From Calditrichales bacterium (GTDB lineage: Bacteria; Calditrichota; Calditrichia; Calditrichales; J004), in NCBI GenBank assembly GCA_965267575.1, contig OZ254086.1, positions 992,001 to 1,056,000 on the forward strand: a stretch of DNA of 64,000 nt. The letters are read 5' to 3'. How positions within the stretch are numbered: position 1 is the first letter of the stretch; each line of letters opens with the position of its first letter. Below, piece by piece: positions 24,401 to 33,503 of this stretch. The notes below the pieces were generated by a model that saw only the letters and a program-made list of their open reading frames with translations, had not been told where the DNA came from and did not search any database. Made by a program: the position numbers and the translations under genes.

Positions 24401-26908
24401 CTAAAAGTTGTAATTCAATTCCAGGTAAAAATAGTTCGATCGTTTGCGGTTCCACTCGGTGCCGTATTTCTTGCCGGGCTCCGGATTGCTGACATTGTTA
24501 AACGAGACGTTGCCGATGGGCCGGTGGAAATCGCCGGTGTATTTAAGACGCATTGAAAGAAAGCTGTTCAGCCGCGCGTATAGCGAAAGCCAGTATCTCA
24601 TGGCGCCACGCTGACTATCCACCACCACGAACTGCGTATCTTCAAAATTCCAGAAGAAGCCCTTGTAAAAATAGAGCTGTCCGCTCAGCTTGAGAAAATT
24701 GTTGAAGTTATGCTCCAGCCCGGCGCCAAAAGCTTCGCCATCCAGGTTGATGTCGCCAAATACGCGCGGACGCGGATGCACGGTTACATTGCCGCGCGAA
24801 TAGATCAACTCCAGCCGGTCAAAATTGGAGAGACGGGCGCGGACACGGGCACGAAATTCGTTGCTGTTAAAAAAGCGCAGCGTGGTGTTGTTTTCCTCGT
24901 CGCGGGATTGCCATTTCTGGCGCAGTTGTATCTGCAGCGGGAAAATCGGGCGGTAATCGACGGTACCGACGAGACGGTACTGGCTGGCCTGATCGGCTTT
25001 GCGCACCCAGTTGTCATACTCCATACGCGCAATAACCTGGCGGGTGAGCTGATAATAGGTGCTCAGGTAAAAGCCCTCTTCTGCCTGCGGCTGTGGCGCG
25101 TTGGTATAAAGCTGGCCGTATAGCGACGATTGCAGATAGTAGTAATCCTCAAATATGGTGCCTTTGAAACGGCGGTAGTTGGAGAACGACCGCTGATAGG
25201 GATTGTCGAACCCGACATCATAGTTGCGGTACAGGCCCAGCAGGTTAAAACTGGGGAACTGCACATAACTGGCCAGCACCAGCGCTTTGGGATCATCGCC
25301 CAGCTTGAGCGCGCTGCCGCCTTTGTCCAGCTCGCCCCACTCGCCCATAAAAGCGACGTTGTCAATCACCGTCTGGAAATCAAAGCCGTAAACGCGGCGG
25401 AATGATTTGGCTTCATCCCAGAAGGGGTTGCTGCCGCGGGAAACGGGGCCGCCGTAGCTCTGCTTGATCTCGCTGTCGGCCGTTACCTGGCGCCTGGTCC
25501 AGTTGTCTTCAGAGGTGATCTCTTCCGGCTCGGGATTGAGATAGCGGTCGTAGGCGCTTTCGTAGTAAGAGACGCCCAGCCAGGTGCCCGGCAGGAAATC
25601 ATACTGCAGATGGCCGCCGTAGGTCAGCTCCTTCACCGCATCAAGCCAGGAAAGGTCCAGGTCCGCCGGTGAACGGGCTTCATCATCCGGGGCATACTCA
25701 AAGCGCTGATCCAGCACGATAAACTGGCTGAAAGAGCGGCCCAGCGAAGAATCGCTGATCGTCTTGTTGAGGATGGCGTCACGGTCGTCCATGGAGACAA
25801 AACCGATGGCGCTGAAGTTGCCGTAGCCCATTTCCGCGGCGGTTCCGTAAAGCGTGTACTGTCGGGTACGCGAGTTGTCGCCGCTGATGCCGTTAAAGCG
25901 CTTGCGGAAGCCAAACCCCGATTTGCGCGGCGAAAAGAAATCGGTATTTTCCATGACGATACCCTGGCCGAAGGAGACGCTGTAGTTACCAAGGTACAGT
26001 TTGCGCAGCTGGAAATCCCCGGCCTGCACATCTTCGACGCCGGCAAACCACTTCATCTCCGGAAGCTGCAACGCGCCGTCATTCACGTAGTAAACCGGCT
26101 CCCCGATGTAGCGATTATATGAAAAACCGAATTTATATCTCTGATCGTAGGAGAAACGGCCCTTGATGTACTGGTTGGGCTGGGTGTTGGTATCCTCCAC
26201 GTAGCTGGCGCCCTGGTCGGGCAGCAGCACTTCGGCGCTGGCCTCGCTCTCATCGGCAAAAAACGGTGTGTCATCGATGCGCATGGTCAGGTGGCCGTGT
26301 AATTTCTTGTCGTCCTCGTGATCGTCATAAACGACAAAGTTGCGCGCGTTGGAGTAGCCGTAGTAGGAGAGTCCCGGTATGCCGCGCATATCACGCTGGT
26401 TGCGGATACCGCCGGTCTGTTCGCGGAAGTTGATCAGCGCCACGGCGTCCACCGGCGACACATTTTGCAGGTTGATCAGCTCATCGTAGCGGGCTTTGTT
26501 GACATTAAGCGGCTCCAGCACTTTCTCGATCCACAGATCGATGAAGGCGTCGTTGGTGCCTTCGTTGCTGCTCCACTGGTCCAGGCGAAAATAGACCTGC
26601 TCGATGCGCTCCTGCGTGCTGCTGATTTCGCGGAAAGGTTCCACGCGCAACAGCGGCTTAAGCTCAAGAAAAAGCTGCTGATCCACGCCTTCAATATTTT
26701 TCAGATCGTAAATATTATCAAGATCCCCGCGGTAGGTGATGTAGTCGTAGATGCGCTGCGCCATCTGCTCATCCAGCGGCAGCCCGCGTATTTGCTCCAG
26801 CGTGGCATTGTTTATATCTAGACGGTTCCGGTCGGAATAGACCGTTTCCTGGGCCGCCAGCGGTAAAGCAATCGCGATAAAAAATAAAAGTATTAAAACG
26901 TATTTCAT
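24401..26908 (-). CDS. Helix-hairpin-helix (ComEA-like) domain outer-membrane protein
   Basis: Two HhH modules (RLDINNATLEQIRGLP..DLKNIEGV; PLNVNKARYDELINL..DMRGIPGL), then a barrel-like region with LGNYSVSFGQG; C-terminal ELNYNF. Confidence 0.82.
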   Translation of the reverse strand: MKYVLILLFFIAIALPLAAQETVYSDRNRLDINNATLEQIRGLPLDEQMAQRIYDYITYRGDLDNIYDLKNIEGVDQQLFLELKPLLRVEPFREISSTQERIEQVYFRLDQWSSNEGTNDAFIDLWIEKVLEPLNVNKARYDELINLQNVSPVDAVALINFREQTGGIRNQRDMRGIPGLSYYGYSNARNFVVYDDHEDDKKLHGHLTMRIDDTPFFADESEASAEVLLPDQGASYVEDTNTQPNQYIKGRFSYDQRYKFGFSYNRYIGEPVYYVNDGALQLPEMKWFAGVEDVQAGDFQLRKLYLGNYSVSFGQGIVMENTDFFSPRKSGFGFRKRFNGISGDNSRTRQYTLYGTAAEMGYGNFSAIGFVSMDDRDAILNKTISDSSLGRSFSQFIVLDQRFEYAPDDEARSPADLDLSWLDAVKELTYGGHLQYDFLPGTWLGVSYYESAYDRYLNPEPEEITSEDNWTRRQVTADSEIKQSYGGPVSRGSNPFWDEAKSFRRVYGFDFQTVIDNVAFMGEWGELDKGGSALKLGDDPKALVLASYVQFPSFNLLGLYRNYDVGFDNPYQRSFSNYRRFKGTIFEDYYYLQSSLYGQLYTNAPQPQAEEGFYLSTYYQLTRQVIARMEYDNWVRKADQASQYRLVGTVDYRPIFPLQIQLRQKWQSRDEENNTTLRFFNSNEFRARVRARLSNFDRLELIYSRGNVTVHPRPRVFGDINLDGEAFGAGLEHNFNNFLKLSGQLYFYKGFFWNFEDTQFVVVDSQRGAMRYWLSLYARLNSFLSMRLKYTGDFHRPIGNVSFNNVSNPEPGKKYGTEWNRKRSNYFYLELNYNF

Positions 26909-26917
26909 AAAAGCCTG

Positions 26918-27376
26918 TTAGTCGAATCGGTTTCCAAAGTTGTCCGGTTTGGGAGTGCCGGCATGTTCATTCAGGGTAATGCGGCGCCACTCCATTTTGC
27001 CGCTGCGGCCAAAGTTTAGCAGAATGCCTTTTTCCAGTTTGGTGGCCTTGAGTACCTGGTTCATCAGTATCATGTCTTCGCGCGTGAGGCGGCCCACATT
27101 GCGGATAAACACCACCACCTCGTTAAAGATCAGGAAATCCGCGCGGAAGGTTTGGGCCAGCTCGCGCTCTTTGTAAAAAATTTTCAGCTCCACGTTCTGC
27201 TCGAAAGGAATGTCCCTTTCATCAAACTCCACGCGCAGAGCCTCGTTGTAAACGGCCTCCGGAAATCCGGGTCCTAAAATGTTGTGGACGTCTATGGCCG
27301 CGCCAATGGTCTTGTATGCTTCATCCTTAAATTCATCTTCCTGCCGTGATCCGGGCTTATCAAAAGGAGATAACAT
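26918..27376 (-). CDS. GxxExxY family protein
   Basis: IGAAIDVHNILGPGFPEAVY, FRADFLI, GILLNFG. Confidence 0.9.
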   Translation of the reverse strand: MLSPFDKPGSRQEDEFKDEAYKTIGAAIDVHNILGPGFPEAVYNEALRVEFDERDIPFEQNVELKIFYKERELAQTFRADFLIFNEVVVFIRNVGRLTREDMILMNQVLKATKLEKGILLNFGRSGKMEWRRITLNEHAGTPKPDNFGNRFD

Positions 27377-27449
27377 AATGAATCCTGATAGTTTAAATGA
27401 TACATGATATCAAATCTTCCATTCGCATTTTCTAATCAAATTTGTCCTG

Positions 27450-28325
27450 CTACATCTCGTATGTAATACTGAAACTATGTGTCTCGCTTAATGTGGGATG
27501 ATTGCGAAAACTGTAATCCAGTCTGAATCCCTCGTAGTTTATACCGGCGCCCGCGCTGAAACGGCTCGGCTGCGTGCTGGCGCCCAGACGCAGAGCCAGC
27601 ATCTCGATCAGCTGGAACTCAAAACCCGCCTCGTACTGCGTGTCAAAACCAAGGGCTTTGTTCATGCTCAACGATGTGGTCAGTCCGGTATAGGGTTTAT
27701 AGGCCGCGCCGATAACAATGCGCCGGGGCAGCTCGCGCTCGCTCTCCACGCCAATGGTGGGCGCGTTAAGATTGTACAAATACATGCCAATGTAGGTGCG
27801 CTTGTAAATAGAAGCCTGCATGCCCACGTCCACGCCAAAAGCACCGCTGGCGCCAAGGTCCGTGCCGCCAACCGACTCGCCCAGGTCCCAGTAATAATAT
27901 TTCAGGCTGTAGCCGATGGAGAGGCTGGTGTGAATATCGTTGAGCAGGTAAAAGCCGTGCGATAAAGCCGCCACATATTCCTTGCTGACATCTTCGCCCT
28001 TGTAGCGCACACCAAAATTTTCCACGGAGAGTGATGCCGCGCCGTAGGACGGATCAAATCGCTGCAGCGGGATAACGGCGCTGCCGAAGACGGAACTAAA
28101 AAAGCTGTAATTAAACGGCTTCTGGTAAGCCAGTCCGGCCTGATAGGTTTCAATCTGCGCAAGGCCTGCCGGATTGTACCACGGCGCCCAGGCATCGTTG
28201 GCCACGGCCACAAACGCATTACTCATGCCGCTTGCCCGCGCCGAGGGATAGCGGTCGTCAAAGACACCGGCGCTGAGCAGGGTTACGATCGATAAAATTA
28301 CAAAGAAAACGCGTTTCAACATCAT
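27450..28325 (-). CDS. PorV/PorP-like outer-membrane barrel
   Basis: ARASGMSNAFVAVANDAWAPWYNPAGL, NLNAPTI, LALRLG, FRLDYSFRNHPTLSETHSFS. Confidence 0.75.
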   Translation of the reverse strand: MMLKRVFFVILSIVTLLSAGVFDDRYPSARASGMSNAFVAVANDAWAPWYNPAGLAQIETYQAGLAYQKPFNYSFFSSVFGSAVIPLQRFDPSYGAASLSVENFGVRYKGEDVSKEYVAALSHGFYLLNDIHTSLSIGYSLKYYYWDLGESVGGTDLGASGAFGVDVGMQASIYKRTYIGMYLYNLNAPTIGVESERELPRRIVIGAAYKPYTGLTTSLSMNKALGFDTQYEAGFEFQLIEMLALRLGASTQPSRFSAGAGINYEGFRLDYSFRNHPTLSETHSFSITYEM

Positions 28326-28349
28326 TGTTTGTCCTTATTTGGTTGCGCC

Positions 28350-31300
28350 TTAGCGTGAAAGCAATGTACCCACAACGACGGGCGCTACTTTTGTGGTCTT
28401 CTTGCCGCTGTTTTCGTTCACCACTTCAAGGTGGATGATATAGGTGCCAAGCTGCACCAGCTCGCCAAACTGATTGCGGCCGTCCCAGGGGAAAACCGAC
28501 TCCAGCGGTACACCGGCATCATCGAGAAGTGTCGCAACAAGCCTGCCGCCGAGATCGTAGATGCGCAGAGTGATCCGTGTATCGCCGGGACCCGCGCTGT
28601 AGGTAATGGGGAACGTATCATCGATTTCCGGCGCGAACGGTTTGGGCGGCACATCCAGAATCACCGGCGCCTCACTGAGGTCGAGCAGGCTTATATCTTC
28701 ATCATAGCCCAGCAGGATCTGTCCGGCATTGCTGAAAATACCGTGCGACCCGGTTACCTCAACCAAATCACCCACTTCGTAGGCGCTTACGTCAACACCC
28801 GTTGTATTCCAGACACGCACGGTAACAGCCTGCTGACCGCCATCGCGCACAACGATATTGGTACCGCCGCCGGCGCTGAACAGGTCCTGAATTATGCCGG
28901 TTACCCGCACCCATGAACCTTCATAAGTCGTTTCACTGGCCTGGGCCGTAGTCAGTTCAATCGGATCGGGTATAGGCGCGTCACGGCGCAAAACCGTCAC
29001 CTCGTAGTCTGTGATTTCAAGAATCCCGTTGAATTCTTCCAGCACGCCGGTCATCAGCACTTCGTTGCCGCGTTCAATGGCCGGATCAAGTCCGCCGGGT
29101 CTGAACACATTGATGCCGGCACCGCTCTCATCCGCCAGGTAGGCGCTGGTAAAATCATTACGTAAAATGCCCGCGCCGATTACGACCACGCCTTTGATCG
29201 TAACCGTGCTGTTTACCGGACGGTTGCGCGCTTCGGATATGGGCGTGAAGTCAATGGCTGTGCCACTGCCCACTGTGACCAGCGGCGATACGGCAATCTC
29301 CCGGAGCGTGCCGCCGCTGCCGGCAGTACGCACGGTGAAGGTGGAAACCGTATCTGCATCCGGGGCGGTTAAATTGTTCAGTACGAGGGAACCGGGAAAA
29401 TCTTCCGCCAGCGAGGCGCCCTGCAGCTCCACGCGGTTACCGTTGATGCTCACGGTTGCCGAGACGAACGCGCCACCCGTCGTTACATCGGCGCTGCTCT
29501 GCGACCAGTTCCAGTATGAAGGAACGTCCAGCGTGATCTGCGTTACCTCGTCCATGGCGTTGGCGGCAAAGGCAAAGGTCAGAGCCACCTGCTCCGCTTT
29601 GTTGACATTTTCAGGCGTCACGCTCACGACGCCGCTGCCATCCACGGGCGTATCGATGGAGCCGGCAAAAATATCTTCCTGGTAGGCCAAAAGCAGTTGC
29701 GCCGCTTCGTTGAAAATATCAATCACCGCGCGCACGCCGACCGTGTCACCGACAGCGTAGCTGCTCAGGTCAACGCCGGTGGTATTCCAGGCGCGAACGA
29801 CGATGGAGCCCGTGCCATCTTCAATGGTGACGTTGGTGCCGCCGCCCACTTCAAATATATCGTTGATAACCCCGGCGGTTTCAATCATCGTGCCTTCAAG
29901 GGAAATATTCCTGGCCTCGGCGATTGTCACATTGGCAACGGACGGCACGTCCTCGCCCGTAGCAATAATTTCATTTATTGTAAAATTGGATATCTGCGTG
30001 GTGGCAAAATCATCATCAGGCGGGAACTCACCAATGGTGCCGGTGATGCGAATGCGGTTGCCGCGGGCCAGGTCGGTCTCACGATCCTCGGCTGTTCCGC
30101 TTTCGAAAGCGTTGATACCACGTCCCGAAGCGTCCTGGATATAGGCATCGGTATGATCGGTGCGTGTAACGTTGGCGCCGATGGCCACAACCGCCTCCAG
30201 CGTGACCACTTGGCCGTTATAGGTATCAAAATCGTTCTGGATATCGGCGATGCTGAGGGGCGCGATAACCTGCACCTGCGGCTGATTCGAAATGGGTGTG
30301 AGTGTGCCGCCGGAAGTGGCGCTGCTAACCCGGAAAGTGGATAAAACGGTCACGGATGGGGTGGTCAGGTTGCTGATTTGCAGAACACCCTGCTGGCCGG
30401 AGGTTAACTGTGCGCTTCCCACGTTGATCGTATCATCGTTGACGGAGACGCTGGCCGAGCTGAAACCGTCTCCACTCAGGGTAACGGCGCTGCTGTTTTG
30501 CGGCCAGGCCCAGTTGGCGGGAACAACAAGCTGCAGGTTTGTCAATGTGTAAGGATCTTCGCCCGCGGCGTTAAACTCCAGCAACACCTGTGTGGCGGCA
30601 TCCACCGTATCGGGATTGACGCTCACGGTACCGCTTCCGTCACCCGCCACTTCACTGAAGCTGCCCGGGGAGGGACCTGCCGTGCGCAGGCTTTGCGACC
30701 AGGCTTCGCTGGTTTCGTCGTGCCCGCTGACGCCGTTGCCGCCGCTGCTGTTTTCGTTGCTTTCGGTTACACCGTTACGCTGCAGGCTCTGCCCGCCGGT
30801 TGGCGTGGCCGGCGCATCCTGCGAGCCGACGGCTGTTTCCGCGTTGTAGGAAGAAGCATCACTGTCGCCGTCCGGCCCGTCGATGCTCACGCCGCTTTTG
30901 TCCGTCCAGCGGCTGCTGAAAAAGGAGAGTCCCCACGGGATGTAATCAATATCCTGCACCAGGTCGCTTTGGCCGTCCCATTGGAACAATACAATCATGG
31001 CGCTGCTTTCCAGCTTGGCCGCCCCGCCGATGTAAAGGCCGTTCATGTCGGCTACGGCAGCGTCCGTTCCAAGTATCTCAAAATCGGGCGCGCTGCCAAA
31101 AGCCGATGTGAAGGCGGCGCCGTCCAATGCCACAACAACATTGGCGCCGGCAGCCAGATTCTGCGCCGGAAAACGCACCAGGAAATGGGCGCTGTTGTTG
31201 GAGTATTGTCCGTTTACGCTGTTGTAGTAGGTGTTGTAATTGGCCAGGTAAACATCGCTGAGATCGACGGCCTGGCTTGTGGGGTTATAGATTTCTACAA

Positions 31301-31409
31301 AGGTTTTGCCCTGTTCGGTGGAGGAAGGAATCATCACTTCGCTGATCAGCAGGTGGTCTTGCGCGAGGAGATAAAACGGCAGAAGCAGGACCGGAATTAA
31401 TTTTCGCAT
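28350..31409 (-). CDS. Secreted lamin-tail + repeated Ig/OB-fold protein with FlgD/T9SS-like C-terminal domain
   Basis: Signal peptide; LTD (HLLISEV..FVEIYNPT..VDLS); two roughly 330-aa repeats of Ig-OB-OB; CTD PKPFAP..LRIYDLGGRLVATL..WDGRN..GTYI. Confidence 0.8.
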   Translation of the reverse strand: MRKLIPVLLLPFYLLAQDHLLISEVMIPSSTEQGKTFVEIYNPTSQAVDLSDVYLANYNTYYNSVNGQYSNNSAHFLVRFPAQNLAAGANVVVALDGAAFTSAFGSAPDFEILGTDAAVADMNGLYIGGAAKLESSAMIVLFQWDGQSDLVQDIDYIPWGLSFFSSRWTDKSGVSIDGPDGDSDASSYNAETAVGSQDAPATPTGGQSLQRNGVTESNENSSGGNGVSGHDETSEAWSQSLRTAGPSPGSFSEVAGDGSGTVSVNPDTVDAATQVLLEFNAAGEDPYTLTNLQLVVPANWAWPQNSSAVTLSGDGFSSASVSVNDDTINVGSAQLTSGQQGVLQISNLTTPSVTVLSTFRVSSATSGGTLTPISNQPQVQVIAPLSIADIQNDFDTYNGQVVTLEAVVAIGANVTRTDHTDAYIQDASGRGINAFESGTAEDRETDLARGNRIRITGTIGEFPPDDDFATTQISNFTINEIIATGEDVPSVANVTIAEARNISLEGTMIETAGVINDIFEVGGGTNVTIEDGTGSIVVRAWNTTGVDLSSYAVGDTVGVRAVIDIFNEAAQLLLAYQEDIFAGSIDTPVDGSGVVSVTPENVNKAEQVALTFAFAANAMDEVTQITLDVPSYWNWSQSSADVTTGGAFVSATVSINGNRVELQGASLAEDFPGSLVLNNLTAPDADTVSTFTVRTAGSGGTLREIAVSPLVTVGSGTAIDFTPISEARNRPVNSTVTIKGVVVIGAGILRNDFTSAYLADESGAGINVFRPGGLDPAIERGNEVLMTGVLEEFNGILEITDYEVTVLRRDAPIPDPIELTTAQASETTYEGSWVRVTGIIQDLFSAGGGTNIVVRDGGQQAVTVRVWNTTGVDVSAYEVGDLVEVTGSHGIFSNAGQILLGYDEDISLLDLSEAPVILDVPPKPFAPEIDDTFPITYSAGPGDTRITLRIYDLGGRLVATLLDDAGVPLESVFPWDGRNQFGELVQLGTYIIHLEVVNENSGKKTTKVAPVVVGTLLSR

Positions 31410-31456
31410 GCATTTCTCCGAAATTTCACGTGGCCAGATTAATGAAAAAGAGTGTC

Positions 31457-31485
31457 AATTTAGAACCACCAAAAAATAAAATCAA
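31457..31485 (-). promoter_or_regulatory. Candidate sigma70 promoter of the LTD to 5'-nucleotidase operon
   Basis: Minus strand TTGATT-17 bp-TAAATT. Confidence 0.4.
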
Positions 31486-31510
31486 GCAAACTTGAGCTTT
31501 CTTTCACCTG

Positions 31511-32785
31511 TCAGCGCCAGCGCACAAACACAAACAAGTCGCGCAGGTTTGTTTCTGTCGGCCCTGTTTTAATCAGAGCGTTAAGCTTCTCAAAAAGCGG
31601 GTAACTATCGTTGTTTTTCAGGGCTGCCTCAAACTGGCGCAGCTGCTGCGTGCTGCCTGTCCGGATTGTTTCATCGAGAAATGCTCCGGCAGCGTCAGTC
31701 GGCCCGTCGATTCCATCGGTACCGAAGCAGAGCGCCAGCCACTCACCTTGCAGCCGGGATTGTGCCGCCAGCGCGAATCCGCAAAGCAGTTCCATGCAGC
31801 GCCCGCCTTTGCCGCTGCCACGCACTTTTACGGTGGTTTCTCCACCGGCAACCAGTGCCGTGCCTCCGTGACAATCGGCCAAAAAATGGGCCAGCTCACG
31901 ACCCTGGCGCCTGGCCTCGCCCTGTAGCTCATGGGGATAAAACTCGGCCCTGATATGATGCCTGTGCAGAAAATTGAATGCGGCAAAGCGCGCATCTTCG
32001 TTGTCGGCTATAACCTGCGCCACATGGCGGACGGGCGACGGAGTAACCGGGGCTGGCGGGTGCGGCTTTTTCAGGTGGGCCAAAACGGAAGCGGGCAGCT
32101 GCTGTTCCAGGTGGTATTTTTTTACGATCTCCAGCGGCTTTCTGTCGTCCGGCGCTTTCAATGTCGGGCCGGAGGCCACCACGTGCTCGGCGCCGGCGTC
32201 CACATCAGACATGATCAGCGAAAAGCAGGTACCCGCGCTGCAGGCCTCCAGCAGGCCGCCGTTTTTTATGCGTGAAACGGCGCCGCGGATTGTATTAATG
32301 GCGGCGATGGGCATACCGCTTTCCAGCACGGCCTTGCCTGTATTACGCAAGTCTTGAAGCGAAACATTCTTAACCGGCGCTTCCATCATGGACGAACCGC
32401 CCCCTGAAATGAGACAGAGCAGCAGATCGTTTTCTCCCATTGATGCCGCAATGCGCAAGGCCTCCGCGCCGGCTTTCACGCTGTTCGCATCCGGATAGGG
32501 ATGGGCGCCGGGGATGCAGATCGCGCCTGATACCGAGTTCTCCTCCGCGGTCACAAGGCAATAGGCAATATGTTCTTTACCCGCAATTTCGATCGCGCTA
32601 CGGCACATGGCGGCAGCCGCTTTTCCGATTGCAATGATGCCCACCCTGCCCGTATTACAATCCCACAAATGATTGTTAAAACGAAGCGCCGCCTTTTCCT
32701 TTTTAAGAAAAAGTTTAACGAAGCGATCGGGCGCAAGAGCCGCGCAAATTTGTGTGGTCAATTCACCGACAGGGAATTTGTCCAT
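31511..32785 (-). CDS. Glycerate kinase type II (DUF4147/MOFRL)
   Basis: IAIGKAAAAM, GAHPYPD, LISGGGSSM, IMSDV, VASGPT, GGETTV, GKGGR, TDGIDG, TGPTETN. Confidence 0.92.
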   Translation of the reverse strand: MDKFPVGELTTQICAALAPDRFVKLFLKKEKAALRFNNHLWDCNTGRVGIIAIGKAAAAMCRSAIEIAGKEHIAYCLVTAEENSVSGAICIPGAHPYPDANSVKAGAEALRIAASMGENDLLLCLISGGGSSMMEAPVKNVSLQDLRNTGKAVLESGMPIAAINTIRGAVSRIKNGGLLEACSAGTCFSLIMSDVDAGAEHVVASGPTLKAPDDRKPLEIVKKYHLEQQLPASVLAHLKKPHPPAPVTPSPVRHVAQVIADNEDARFAAFNFLHRHHIRAEFYPHELQGEARRQGRELAHFLADCHGGTALVAGGETTVKVRGSGKGGRCMELLCGFALAAQSRLQGEWLALCFGTDGIDGPTDAAGAFLDETIRTGSTQQLRQFEAALKNNDSYPLFEKLNALIKTGPTETNLRDLFVFVRWR

Positions 32786-32858
32786 AACAAAACGATTTTT
32801 TTTGAGTGCGAAAAAACCCTACCGAAAGTGAGTACTTTGTTTTATAAAATATATAGAT

Positions 32859-33449
32859 TTGGACAGCAGTATGATAGACTACAAAGAAGTTTTTCGTTTA
32901 TCCAGCGATATGATCTCCGTACACACGGCGGAAGGCAAATACCTGGATATTTCGGATTCATGCCGGCACATTTTGGGGTATGATCGTGAAGAGATGATCG
33001 GTAAATCGGCTTACGATTTCTTTCATCCAAGGGATTACGAGATCATCAGTCAGAGTCACGAAATGATACTTGAGCAGAAAGGTGAACCGCAGGTTATTTA
33101 CCGCATCAGAAAAAAGGACGGCGGGTATATTTGGTATGAAACCACCAGCAAGTTTATCGAAAACGACCGCTATCCCGATGGCATCATTTACGCTTACAGC
33201 CGCAACGCAACCGGGCGTGTGGCGATGGAGTTAATAGATTGGAAAAAAGTCCGCCAGCCGGATAATCTGAGTGAATATTTAAATATGTGTGCATGGTCGA
33301 AAAAGATGAAATACAAGAACGAATGGCTCTCGTTTGATGGTTACCTGCAAAAGCGTTTTGGCATCAATGTCTCGCATGGTATAGCCGATGACGCGGCCCA
33401 GAGCTTTATAAAGGATTACCTTAAAAGAAAAGCTGAAGCCAGAATATAA
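32859..33449 (+). CDS. PAS domain protein with a degenerate C-terminal CxxC..HGxC-type motif
   Basis: ILGYDREEMIGKSAYDFFHPRD, YRIRKKDGGYIWYET; C-terminal MCAWSKK..W..YL..VSHGI. Confidence 0.8.
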   Translation: MDSSMIDYKEVFRLSSDMISVHTAEGKYLDISDSCRHILGYDREEMIGKSAYDFFHPRDYEIISQSHEMILEQKGEPQVIYRIRKKDGGYIWYETTSKFIENDRYPDGIIYAYSRNATGRVAMELIDWKKVRQPDNLSEYLNMCAWSKKMKYKNEWLSFDGYLQKRFGINVSHGIADDAAQSFIKDYLKRKAEARI

Positions 33450-33450
33450 A

Positions 33451-33478
33451 AAAAGCCCCGGCACAAACCGGGGCTTTT
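33451..33478. terminator. Bidirectional intrinsic terminator
   Basis: aaaagccccgg-cacaaa-ccggggctttt between convergent genes. Confidence 0.85.
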
Positions 33479-33503
33479 GAGTTTTGGTACGTTGGGGACT
33501 TTT

